A stretch of 64,000 nt of DNA from assembly GCA_965645245.1 (NCBI GenBank), contig OZ287068.1, positions 1,426,001 through 1,490,000 on the forward strand, read 5' to 3'. This DNA comes from Massalongia carnosa. Its lineage: Eukaryota. Under the pieces are notes generated by a model. That model had not been told where the DNA came from. It was given only the letters and a program-made list of their open reading frames with translations, and searched no databases. The first letter of the stretch is position 1. Every line of letters starts with the position of its first letter. Below, piece after piece: positions 10,629 through 20,892 of this stretch. The translations under genes and the position numbers were made by a program.

Positions 10629-12320
10629 ATGGCAAACCAAGATCAGTATTATGCCTTTGGGGCGCCACAAAACACAAAGAAGTATGCATTCGGGGTGACT
10701 AATACCATTGGCTCCGGGGCTCCTTACATGTACAAACCCTCGCCAACTCCAATAATTCTGCAAAAAAATCGAAATGACATGAATGCGCAAATTTCCGTCT
10801 CACTTCCACCTATCGCTCTATCGAGGGTTTCCGTAGGAAAGAATGTCAAGCATCAGGATTACGCTTTCGGAGCACCACAAGCTACAAAGAAATATGCGTT
10901 TGGGATGACAAATACGCTCGGCTTCGGTGTTCCCTTCGTGTACAATCCCTCCACAGCTATTATTCCTGCGGTTAAGACCACAAAGGCCATTCAAAGCCAC
11001 AACCCTAATTTGCCCTCGACAGCCAGTCAGCCAAGTGGATGTGATGGAGGTAACTTCGAGCATCATGATCAGACCTCAGACAACCACTGGAAGACTCCAG
11101 AAGCTCAAGAGCTTCAGAGGATCAAGCCAAAAGCCAATGAGAACGTCCGTCATGCAGAAGAATTCTCGCATCCAGACGAGAGACCGAGCAAACGGCAAAA
11201 GCTCCCAGAAAGCCCAGAAGTTACCATGAACAAGTCTACTGTTCATGCCAGCATTCGAAAGGGCAGCAAATTGAGGCGCCATATGGAGGCGCAAATGAGT
11301 ATACCCAAGGCGAGACTCAATGCCAGCATCAGCCCGAAGGAACATTCCAAGCAAACTGACGAGGCATCCAACGAGAAGCCAAAGGTAAACCCACCTGAAG
11401 CGCCCGCAAAAGCTCTGGACGGCCCCCAAATCCCCGCTGGTTACGCGGACAAAGCCAGCCATCTTAAAAATGTTTTGGCTGAGAACCAGCGGAACAAGGA
11501 AGCCGAGAAGCTTACTAGAGCCCATGAACTTGCGAAAACCCGAATCCGCGCGCAAGTGGAAGAGAAGCAGCGGGAGACCGTGTTTGCCGAAGCTTATAGT
11601 GCCGAAATGACTTCCAAGCTTGCCAAGGAACTAATTCCAGAAGTCAAGGCAATGCTGAGGGCCGAGCTCTGGGAGCAGATCAAGGAAGAACTTCGAGAGG
11701 AGTTAGAGGCGGAACTCGCCGCTGGTTTCAAGCTCGTGCCGCTGGATTATGATAGGCAGCTGAAATTCCAGCATACCGAAGAGCTCTTAGAAGGCCTGAA
11801 GCGCGCCGATGATGCCAAAGTTTCTCGGGAAAAGGTGCGTGGGCGTAATGGCCGCCGCGAGGAGCAGACCCGTAGTGGGCGATCTCGATCGCCCGGCCAA
11901 GATAGCGCGTCGGAGCGGTACGCACCTTGTGCGTACCGCGATCGCGACTACAACGCGGAGCAGCTTCCTCGCGGTGAAGACTACCGCTTTGAGCGGTATA
12001 AGGGCGAGCAGGAGGAAGAGGAGGACCAGGGCGTGTGGAAGTCGGAGGAGCACGAGGAGGGGGGGTGGATCGAGAGCCGGGAATGGGAGGAGGAAGGGGC
12101 GGAAATGGGAGGGTCCTCTCCTGTCGGGCTCGGGATACAGCTGTATCCCGATCTTTCTACTCGGGGGTACTCAGAAGAGGACCCTATCGACTTGGTTGAT
12201 ACCGAGTCAGAGAGGGATTTCGACGGTGAAAGGACCCTCGTGGGTGAGTGTGGGATGGTTGCCCGGGAGATAGGGTGGAAGGTGTCAGAAGATGTGAAGG
12301 AGGAGGAGGAAGAGCTGTAA
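10629..12320 (+). CDS. hypothetical protein (~563 aa): duplicated YAFG motif, central coiled coil, acidic C-terminus
   Basis: single long ORF, ATG in caagATGg context; internal 31-aa duplication with many synonymous differences. Confidence 0.75.
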   Translation: MANQDQYYAFGAPQNTKKYAFGVTNTIGSGAPYMYKPSPTPIILQKNRNDMNAQISVSLPPIALSRVSVGKNVKHQDYAFGAPQATKKYAFGMTNTLGFGVPFVYNPSTAIIPAVKTTKAIQSHNPNLPSTASQPSGCDGGNFEHHDQTSDNHWKTPEAQELQRIKPKANENVRHAEEFSHPDERPSKRQKLPESPEVTMNKSTVHASIRKGSKLRRHMEAQMSIPKARLNASISPKEHSKQTDEASNEKPKVNPPEAPAKALDGPQIPAGYADKASHLKNVLAENQRNKEAEKLTRAHELAKTRIRAQVEEKQRETVFAEAYSAEMTSKLAKELIPEVKAMLRAELWEQIKEELREELEAELAAGFKLVPLDYDRQLKFQHTEELLEGLKRADDAKVSREKVRGRNGRREEQTRSGRSRSPGQDSASERYAPCAYRDRDYNAEQLPRGEDYRFERYKGEQEEEEDQGVWKSEEHEEGGWIESREWEEEGAEMGGSSPVGLGIQLYPDLSTRGYSEEDPIDLVDTESERDFDGERTLVGECGMVAREIGWKVSEDVKEEEEEL

Positions 12321-13427
12321 AGGGGAAGAAGAGATGAGAAGGGTTGCGGGTGGCCTTGGCTTGGATCGGGTATCTAGGCCGGGCGTGGTTTCTTAATTTT
12401 TTCCTTTGTTACATTTCCTGGGTTTACTTGCGATACCCTCCCCCGGCCGCTGGCTGCCAAGGGGTTGCATTTGATTTTTATTTCCCGAGTTAATACCCCG
12501 TTATGTTTTGTGGGTGGCCCTGGTGGCCTGCGGTTCACATGGTTGAGCGTTCTTTTCTTTTATGTACTGTCGTAGACAAGCGCGCCAGTATTTTTAGTAT
12601 GCATGAGTTCATTAATGGTGGGATTTCCAACACTCGCGAATTAACTAGAGGGTATTTATCAAGCCGTTACGCCTACGATTACGTCTATCCAGAGAATAGG
12701 CGTTTATTTAAGAGAGAGAGAGGGGAGGGGACATGAGCGTGCGCGTGTACATAGATGCAGGAATAACAAGATACATAAGATACAATAAGCCAGAGAGAGA
12801 GAGGAAACAATGCACAATAAGCCCGGGGGGAGGATATGAGTGGTTTTGAACCCGGTTGGGAGGAGGGGGGGAGGGGGGGGGGAATAGGGGTGTGGAGAGA
12901 TATGTGTATAGTTTGTAGTACTGTAGTGGTGGTGGTGGCAGTAGTATTAATATTCGCAGTAGCAGTAGCAGTAGCGATGAAGTGAAAACGAAAACCAAAA
13001 CGAAAGTGGAAGTAGAGAGAAGCGAAACAACGCGGGGCTTTAAAAAAACGAAAGCCCAAGCCTTCGCGCGTGGCAGGATTGGGCCCCAAAAAAAACAAAC
13101 AATCTTTAAAGCAAACGGGATTTTTACCTACTAGGAAATATGTAATTAACTGATTCAATAACTTCCGTAGAGATTGGCAGCGATGGGTGGGGAGGATGGT
13201 GGAGGAAACTGTGGGTTTTCCGCTATCAAACAGGTAGAAAATACTACTACTAGCGACAGCGTCGATATATGTAAAACGCTAAAACGCTCCGACTCCAAAA
13301 GGAAAAAAACCCCCCAATTCGATGACCAGAAATTTAAAACGACAAACATAAAAGGCAACAGGAAGAAAGAAAAAAGCACGAAACCCACTTGGCAACCAAC
13401 AAAGATCCACCTATTCGCCCTCTTCAA

Positions 13428-16184
13428 TCACGGCCCAGTATCCCTCGCAGCATCCGCCGCCCCCATCGTGTCCATGAGTAGCTGGGCAAACATACTGTCC
13501 TCTTCACCCAGCTCCAGGTTGATCTCGGGCAAGTCATCCCACCGTTCCTCCACCGCAGCCGGGGCAGCCTCCGGCTCCCCGTCCGGCTCCCCGTCTGGCT
13601 CCCCATCCGGCTCCATCTCCGGCTCCATATCCGTCTCTCCCTCCGCATCCGCATCCCCGCCCTCGTCCGCCAGGCCAGATTCATCCGTCGAATCCGGCAA
13701 GCTGTCGTTCTCGAAGAGTTCTTCAAGGTCATCCACCTCGTCGTCCTCATGCGCCGGCTGCGTCGGAGACTGCCACCTGGCCTCTTCCTCCACCTGCTCT
13801 TTCGCCCTCGCCTCCGCCTCCGCCTCCGCCTTCTCCCTCGCTGCAGCGAGCTCTGCCTTCCTCTCGATTTCCGTCTGGAGCTTAGCTTCACGCTCAAATT
13901 CCCGCAACCGGGTTCCCTCGCTCTGCTCCTGCTCCTCCCTCTCCTGCTGGGCTCTAGCCGCCTTCTCCGCTTCCCGTTCCGCCTTCTTCTCCGCCTTCTT
14001 CTTCTCGCGGTACACCTTTGACCTGGCGTTCCTGAGGTCAGCCTTGGCTCTCTTGTCCCCGTTTAGATCTCGTTCAATCGCCCTGCTGTTGCCATCGGCG
14101 GCAGCGGTTGAAGCCATCTGTTCTGGCTCTGACAACTCCAAGGATATTCTTCTGGTCGCCTCGTCCATTGGTTGCTTGTATGGTCGAGGCCGTTTGGCCT
14201 CACGGAACGGATTGTTGCCTCCCATCCAATCGAGAGGCTTCCTCTTGAGCGTGTTGTGTAACTTTGTGACGTTGTCTGGCTCCTGGGAGGAAGATTTACG
14301 CGAAAGAGAGGCGGAAGAGGAAGAAGCCAAGCCGGAAGGCCGTTGCGGGGGTTCATCAACCGTGAGATCAATTAGCTCTCGGCTGGTTGGGAGGGGGACG
14401 GAGTGTGGCGCCAAGACTCCTTCCCCAAGAGAAATTTGACCCTGCGTCTCGAGAATTGTCCTTGCGGAAGCCCGTTTCGGAGCACGTTCCTCAAGGATTT
14501 TGGTTAGAGCGCCGACCTTTTCCTTCCAGGCTTGAATTTCAGCTACCTGGGCTGCATTTTCCGCCTCCAATGCCCGCACCCGTACTTCGAGTCGCCTCAC
14601 ATCAGCCGCTACCGGGCCGTAGGCCACGTCTGCGGGCATGGTGGGGATCTGTGACGAGAATGGTGTAGCTTGCCCATTAGCCCCATGTGCGCTCGAAGTG
14701 TTCGTGAAGTGCTCCATTGCTGAGGAGGGTTTAAATGATTGAAGACGAGGTAAGGAACGTTGGCGAGAACTGATGTTCGTTGATTGAGGGGTAAAAGAAG
14801 AAGGGGAAACTCGCGATCTACGAGTGCTCAATAGAGAAGGTACGTCCAGGGTGCTATCCAAGGTAGTGTTATATAATATAGGTGAAGGATTTCCACTAAC
14901 GCCCCTTCCTAGCTGTGAATGAGAAGCTAAGACAATAGAGGATTCCTTTTGGATATGCAACAATGAAGAGTTAAAAGGATGTTGTGGAAAGGAACTCTTA
15001 GAAGATGTGAGGGTTGCAGAGCGATTTACTTCTTTAGTGTATTGTGGTAAAAGATGGGCAGACGGAGAGGAAGAAGAAAGCGATGAAGAGAAGGAATGAT
15101 CCAGATTATATGGATAATCATTAGTGCTGGCTGGTGATACGGATCTTTCTGCACGAGTATGGTTCCTGGCTTGTGCAAATGGACAATCAGGAATACATTG
15201 TCGAGGAGACAAGCACATGCTCGAGGTGCATTTTTTGTGGCAAATCTCAACCGGTTTTACCAGCAACGAACGGCTAACATGTGAAATGTGACTCCCAAGG
15301 CGTTCTTCAACACTTGCTCCGTCGCTGGTAACAACGCGCCATTCACCTAGCGTTCGGGTGTTGGCTTCCCTATCATGTCGCGAACTAGATGATCCCTTCA
15401 CATGGTTATCATGGCGAGCCCTTTTGTTGTTAGATCCTTCGCTTCTGTTTCTGGTTCTGTACCCACGGTGTTGAGAATTTCTACCCTTATCATGACGCCG
15501 CCTTGGTCTTACATGCTGAATACAATGCACAAATGGGGCCTGGTCAAGGTGAAGGTCGGAAACCTCGGGATTCCTATTTTCGCAGCCATCTGTGCATTCA
15601 GAACCTTGAACAGAGCTTGGCATACAGGGCCCTTTCCTGCTCTTGGGCCCTCCGACTACATGGTTCCTGGATACAAGCCCAGTAACACGCCGACGCTCGA
15701 ATTTGGGTCTCGTTTTAGGAATGGGTAGGCAATAATCATTTAGAAGATCCTCGATTTCCTCGCGCTCTCCATCATCAGACTCATCTGGCCCGCAATCTTC
15801 AATGTCATCCAAGCTGCCGGTGAGGTTCGCATCTGTACTGATAGCTTGGGAAACGCTCCCCTGACGTAACAGCCTGAGATTCCCATTCTGCTCTTCATGT
15901 TGGTGATGTGCATGAAAGATTAGGGCTTGATGGCCGCTTGCCTGCCTTCCCTTCTTATCCTTCGCCAACGCTCTGGACGTACTCGACTCTTTCCTCGACC
16001 CTTGGTTATTGCCAACATGTTGAACCGGGCCCTTACGCGCTCTTGGTATCTGCGATCCGGGGAGAAGTGTGAGCCCCAGTTCACGATTTGCGTGAACATC
16101 TTGCGATGAACTATCTGAAGAAGCATAATTACCTTCTTTCCTCCCCGCGGGCCTCCTCATCTTCTTGAGCGATGGGGGCACCAT
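13428..16184 (-). CDS. hypothetical low-complexity/coiled-coil protein (up to ~918 aa; true start uncertain)
   Basis: uninterrupted 940-codon frame; coiled coils (VRRLEVRVRALEAENAAQ; EKKKAEKKAEREAEK), EPDG 12-bp repeats near 13570-13625, acidic tail. Confidence 0.65.
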   Translation of the reverse strand: MVPPSLKKMRRPAGRKEGNYASSDSSSQDVHANRELGLTLLPGSQIPRARKGPVQHVGNNQGSRKESSTSRALAKDKKGRQASGHQALIFHAHHQHEEQNGNLRLLRQGSVSQAISTDANLTGSLDDIEDCGPDESDDGEREEIEDLLNDYCLPIPKTRPKFERRRVTGLVSRNHVVGGPKSRKGPCMPSSVQGSECTDGCENRNPEVSDLHLDQAPFVHCIQHVRPRRRHDKGRNSQHRGYRTRNRSEGSNNKRARHDNHVKGSSSSRHDREANTRTLGEWRVVTSDGASVEERLGSHISHVSRSLLVKPVEICHKKCTSSMCLSPRQCIPDCPFAQARNHTRAERSVSPASTNDYPYNLDHSFSSSLSSSSPSAHLLPQYTKEVNRSATLTSSKSSFPQHPFNSSLLHIQKESSIVLASHSQLGRGVSGNPSPILYNTTLDSTLDVPSLLSTRRSRVSPSSFTPQSTNISSRQRSLPRLQSFKPSSAMEHFTNTSSAHGANGQATPFSSQIPTMPADVAYGPVAADVRRLEVRVRALEAENAAQVAEIQAWKEKVGALTKILEERAPKRASARTILETQGQISLGEGVLAPHSVPLPTSRELIDLTVDEPPQRPSGLASSSSASLSRKSSSQEPDNVTKLHNTLKRKPLDWMGGNNPFREAKRPRPYKQPMDEATRRISLELSEPEQMASTAAADGNSRAIERDLNGDKRAKADLRNARSKVYREKKKAEKKAEREAEKAARAQQEREEQEQSEGTRLREFEREAKLQTEIERKAELAAAREKAEAEAEARAKEQVEEEARWQSPTQPAHEDDEVDDLEELFENDSLPDSTDESGLADEGGDADAEGETDMEPEMEPDGEPDGEPDGEPEAAPAAVEERWDDLPEINLELGEEDSMFAQLLMDTMGAADAARDTGP

Positions 16185-16719
16185 GTTTGACAAACTCCCA
16201 CCGAGCCTAAGTTCGGCCAACGTGACGCAAAATTTGCAGATTTCGTTCACTCAGGACTACTCCCACCGACTATAAAGGACAGGGTAGTTGAAGCAATACC
16301 CACGGGGGCAGACCCAAGGGCGCCATCTCATCAGCCTGAGCAAAGGCTTGTTCACGGCATACTTGGTGCCATATCTGACGGTTCAGCTGCATGGACGTCT
16401 TTTGTTTTGGGAGCGAGTAGATCCACGCGGCTATTTTGGCCTATGGGGATGTGGGACGAATTGCAAGGATTGTCTCCATCACTGCATGCATATGCGACCC
16501 GACCTCGCTTTCCCATAAGGGAACATGGTGAACGTCGCTTTACCGATGCGCAGCCATCACATTCATCAGATAAATCAGAATCTCCAGCGCACGAGTGAAG
16601 TTTAATCGTGTCTCCGCGGGGCCTAGGATTTTACAATGGAGTTCATGTAAACTCGTACCGGGCACCCTTCAGACATCCAAGTCCGCCCAACGCTTCTTGG
16701 CTTCCTGGTGGACTAGTTA

Positions 16720-16859
16720 CTCGTATTCACCCCCATTTGCAACACGCTAAAATTTATTATGGCAAAACGACTCAAAAAGTATTAGAGGATTGGGAATACG
16801 ACTCTTTTACCTACTCTCGGGTACTTACTAATTAGCGTGTTGCAAAGGGTGAATACGAG
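16720..16859. mobile_element. 140-bp MITE with ~28-31-bp TIRs and TA target-site duplication (Tc1/mariner-type)
   Basis: left TA|CTCGTATTCACCCCCATTTGCAACACGCTAA (16718-16750); right TTAGCGTGTTGCAAAGGGTGAATACGAG|TA (16832-16861); identical except a 3-nt indel; non-coding AT-rich interior. Confidence 0.8.
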
Positions 16860-16862
16860 TAT

Positions 16863-19029
16863 CCCTCTCGCTGTCATTCTAGCACCCCCCCCCCAAGCTA
16901 ATCTATATTGGACTAGCTTCCGCACCGATGAGTCATCAGAACATTAGTTTTCTCTAGAGTGTTTGCGCGTTTGTTTACTTTTCAAAGAATACTATTCGGT
17001 CATTCAATCAAAATAAATCACATAAATTACTATTCTTCTAGCTTCGGAATTGATATTATAAGTATGACGCTCAATGAAGAAGAAATCCCGAGTGTATCAG
17101 ACAAATCTCCCATTTCAGCGAAGCAACATAAAATAAATCGCAAAAGAAGTGTTCGGGATATTTTAATCGACCTTCCCCCTATTTCCTCAAAATATACCCC
17201 CATTCGGGTTGAAAACAGGCCTTTTGTTCCGCTCGTTGAAAACGATTCTCGAAATCCTTTGGGATTATTTCGGTTATTTATAACAAGGCAGCATTGTCGT
17301 ATCATCGCAAATCATACCAATATCAAGGCAAATAACTACATGGAAAAGGAGAAGGAGAACAATCATCGGGTTTGGACTGACACTACTGACTCGGAAATTG
17401 AGGTTTTTTTGGGCATATTAATTCTTATGGGACTCGATCATCTACCTGCTACAGAGGATTATTGGAATCAACGTCCTGACAAACCAGTTATCATGCCTAT
17501 TCTGTCCGCGATGTCGCTTGGTCGATTTCAACAAATCAAACGATTTTTGAAAATCAATAATGGACAGACTGAGCCTATCGGACTTGGTCAAGGACCTGAT
17601 TGGTGGAAGAAACTGGAACCGTTGGCTACTGATTTCCGAAAGACTTCATTGAAACATTGCAGACCAGGAAGTATGATATCTATAGATGAACAGCTGGTGT
17701 TATTCAAGGGCCGTTCTCGACATACCTTGCAGATTACTACAAAAAGTGCCCATAAAGGATTTAAAATCTACAGTCTCTGTCAGGATAATTATCTGTTGTC
17801 ATTTATGTTTGCCTCGAAGAGTAGCAGAATAAGTGAATTGAAAACAGTCAGACAATTGGGATTTTTGCCAAAAGATAAACTAACTCCTAGTGCTTTGCTA
17901 GTGATTCAGTTATGTAAAGAACTTCCATCCTCACTGAATTATCATCTTTTCTGTGATAATTTCTTTACTAGTACGAAATTATTCAAGGCACTTCGATCAA
18001 TCGGAATAGCTGCCAGTGGAACTGCTAAAAAGGGCTCGGGCTTTCCAGAAGAATTGTTGGCCATACGGGACGTCACTTCAAAAGGAAAAGACTGGGGTCT
18101 TCAGGCCCATATGGTGGTCGACGATAAGGTGCTTTGTATGGGCTGGGTGGATAATAATGGTGTGCAGTACATGACCACCGGTCATTCTCCTCAGGACTTG
18201 TACGAAATGCACTATATAAATCCGCACAAGAGATATGGAATTCCCGAGACCTCTCTTCAACCTATTGTATCGTATTTCCCATCAACTCTGGCTCACTCCA
18301 TTCCCTTGCTCAATCAAGAGGTTCAACGGCCCTTAGGATTACCGATACCAGCCCCAATCAAAGAATATAATCTTCATATGGGGGGATCGGATGGAAACGC
18401 TCAGCAACGAGCGATTTACTCATACAATCGTCGAACGGATCGTTACTGGTGGCCTTTGTTCATTTTTATTTTAGATGCAGCCGGATTGAATGCCTATAAA
18501 CTTTACTCGCTGAACTCTTTCGATTCCGAGGAGATAAAATTTACTCGTTCTGAATTTCTTCGTCGGATTGCTCTTGAACTGATATCAAATCAAGCGGGCA
18601 TCAGGCCCGGCTCATCAAAGATAAGCATCAATACCACGATTGATGCTTTAGTACCATCTCCCATTCATCATTACGTTCGTCTTGAAGGCAGAAAAAGATG
18701 TGTGCAATGTAACGCCGAGAAAAAACGACCTTCAAAGCGGAAGGGAGAGCCACTGGCTGAAATAAGTGTCGATGGGCGTAAAAGAAGGCGAAGGGGTGCT
18801 CAGACTATATGGGCTTGTGGAGGATGTAATCCAATCAGGCCCTGCTGTAAGAAAGCCAGCTGTTGGGAAGCTATTCATATGATAGGGGGACGAGTAAATA
18901 GGTATCTGATACTCCGTACAACTTCTTGTGAATAGGAATAACATTGATTGGTCAAAAGTTTAAGGTTTAGCGCTTTCTAACCAACAATGGTTTAGCTTGG
19001 GGGGGGGTGCTAGAATGACAGCGAGAGGG
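16863..19029 (+). mobile_element. full-length piggyBac DNA transposon
   Basis: TIRs CCCTCTCGCTGTCATTCTAGCAC(n)AAGCTAA at 16863-16901 and its reverse complement at 18992-19029 (C10 vs G9 run); CCC...GGG termini; encloses transposase; flanks GTAT / ATAT. Confidence 0.95.
17064..18935 (+). CDS. piggyBac transposase (DDE_Tnp_1_7-type) with C-terminal Cys-rich domain
   Basis: SIDEQLVLFKGRS, FCDNFFTS, YNLHMGGSD catalytic segments; RYWWPLF; C-terminal CVQC...CGGC...CC...C; no stops or frameshifts. Confidence 0.95.
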   Translation: MTLNEEEIPSVSDKSPISAKQHKINRKRSVRDILIDLPPISSKYTPIRVENRPFVPLVENDSRNPLGLFRLFITRQHCRIIANHTNIKANNYMEKEKENNHRVWTDTTDSEIEVFLGILILMGLDHLPATEDYWNQRPDKPVIMPILSAMSLGRFQQIKRFLKINNGQTEPIGLGQGPDWWKKLEPLATDFRKTSLKHCRPGSMISIDEQLVLFKGRSRHTLQITTKSAHKGFKIYSLCQDNYLLSFMFASKSSRISELKTVRQLGFLPKDKLTPSALLVIQLCKELPSSLNYHLFCDNFFTSTKLFKALRSIGIAASGTAKKGSGFPEELLAIRDVTSKGKDWGLQAHMVVDDKVLCMGWVDNNGVQYMTTGHSPQDLYEMHYINPHKRYGIPETSLQPIVSYFPSTLAHSIPLLNQEVQRPLGLPIPAPIKEYNLHMGGSDGNAQQRAIYSYNRRTDRYWWPLFIFILDAAGLNAYKLYSLNSFDSEEIKFTRSEFLRRIALELISNQAGIRPGSSKISINTTIDALVPSPIHHYVRLEGRKRCVQCNAEKKRPSKRKGEPLAEISVDGRKRRRRGAQTIWACGGCNPIRPCCKKASCWEAIHMIGGRVNRYLILRTTSCE

Positions 19030-19610
19030 ATATCCTGTGCCGAGAGAAATTAGGGGGAATAGGAGGTGCTCGGTATTAGGCGTAGTACCAAGGTAGTTAG
19101 CTCCGTGTCTCAACAGGCTTAGCGTTGTTCTGTGAAGCACAACCTGACCCTTTTGGAAACTGTGCCGAGTACCGAGTAGGTTAAGGGACAAAGCCGGCTT
19201 GTGGCGGGGTAACTATCGCTCACTTCCTCTTTCTTTGTTCATCACGGGTTGAACACAGAATTGGATAAGCGTCTAGTTAGCCATCTTGGTCCTAGCGTCG
19301 TTGCCGTTCACTTCTTCGGGCTACCCTCAAAACCCCGTCGTCGCATCGCTGCAGCACCGGCGCCGCCGTGGGTGTACCCAGAGAACCCTCACTATAATGG
19401 CCGATCAATTCTCTAGAGCGGCTTTCCGTCTCATAACCGGTTAATAGCAGGACGGCTCTTATATCCGCCGGCCGATACTTTATTGCTTTGTCTACACAGT
19501 ATTACTCTTGTCTATACTCTGTATAACCACTAAGCAAAAGCTATTCTCGCGACATGAGTCATTATCTCATTCGCTTCACCATCTAATCAATCCTGCCACC
19601 TCGCAAGATT

Positions 19611-19701
19611 CACAGTCCACAGTCCACAGTCTACCGTCCACAGTCCACAGTCTACCGTCCACAGTCCACAGTCCACAGCTCACAGCCCACAGCCCACAGC
19701 C
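19611..19701 (+). repeat. 13 x 7-bp tandem repeat (CACAGTC variants) ending 3 nt before the LST8 ATG
   Basis: cacagtc x3, taccgtc, cacagtc x2, taccgtc, cacagtc x2, cacagct, cacagcc x3, then atcATG. Confidence 0.9.
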
Positions 19702-19704
19702 ATC

Positions 19705-20892
19705 ATGAGCGTGATACTCTGCACGGGTATGCCGTCCAGCTTCACTCTTCCCAGCGTTCTTGATCAACGTTTCCTTACTCAATGAAATAGCGGGGTATGA
19801 CCATACCATACGGTTCTGGGAAGCTCTTTCCGGCATCTGCTCGCGCACAATCCAGCATTCCGACTCGCAGGTCAATCGTCTCTGCATTTCTCCCGATAAG
19901 CGTTATCTCGCTGCAGCGGGAAACCACAACGTCAAACTCTACGACATTCGCTCCACTAATCCAAGCCCTGTGCTCACCTTCGACGGCCATACCGGGAACA
20001 TTACCGGAGTGGCCTTCCATTGCGAGGGGAAATGGATGGTCACCAGCTCCGAGGATGGCACGGTCAAGATCTGGGACACGAGGACCGGCAGCATCCAGCG
20101 CAATTACACCCACGGGGCATCAATTCGTGATGCCGTCTCCCACGTCACCCCCATGCCCGTCAACGATGTTGTCATTCATCCTAACCAAGGCGAGCTCATC
20201 TCATGCGATCGCGGCGGAAACGTTCGCATTTGGGATCTCGGCGAGAACAAGTGCACCCATCAGCTGATTCCGGAAGAGGATGTCTCCGTGGCGAGTGTCA
20301 CAGTCGCAAGCGATGGGACACTGCTCTGCGCAGGGAACAATTCTGTATGCCGAACCCTCTTCATTCTCCTTGTTCTCACCCTTTTTCCTGTTTGTACCTT
20401 TCCCGGTTGAGTCCGGATGGGTGGGATCGCTAACCTCTCCCCACCGCACAGGGCAACGTTTACGTTTGGCGTATGATTCAAAACCGCGACGTCACCTCCC
20501 TCGTCCCCGTCACCTCCTTCCAAGCCCACAACAACTACATCACCCGCGTGCTCCTCAGCCCCGACGTCCGGCACCTAGCAACCTGTTCCGCCGACCACAA
20601 CGCGCGCATCTGGTCCGTTGATCCTACGCACCCGCACAACATCAAGGGCCACGAGAACCTCCCCGTCGAGCGTCAACCGGGGGCGTTTCCTCTTGAATCG
20701 TCCCTCGAGTCCCACCAACGCTGGGTTTGGGATTGCGCCTTCAGCGCCGACAGCGCCTACCTGGTCACGGCGTGCTCGGACCATTTCGCGCGCTTATGGG
20801 AGTTGAGCACGCAGGCGGTGATTCGCCAGTATAACGGGCATCATCGCGGGGCCGTTTGCGTGGCGTTGAACGATTATTCCGAGACGCGCTGA
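19705..20892 (+). CDS. LST8: TOR complex subunit LST8 (WD40), 3 exons
   Basis: [57 protein letters not shown]; introns 19727-19790 and 20345-20451. Confidence 0.97.

Noticed and set aside
13174..14439. 421-aa antisense ORF (also 21239-22261, 1966-2658, 11809-12273)
   Set aside because: Shadow frames of GC-rich, low-complexity coding sequence where stops are depleted.
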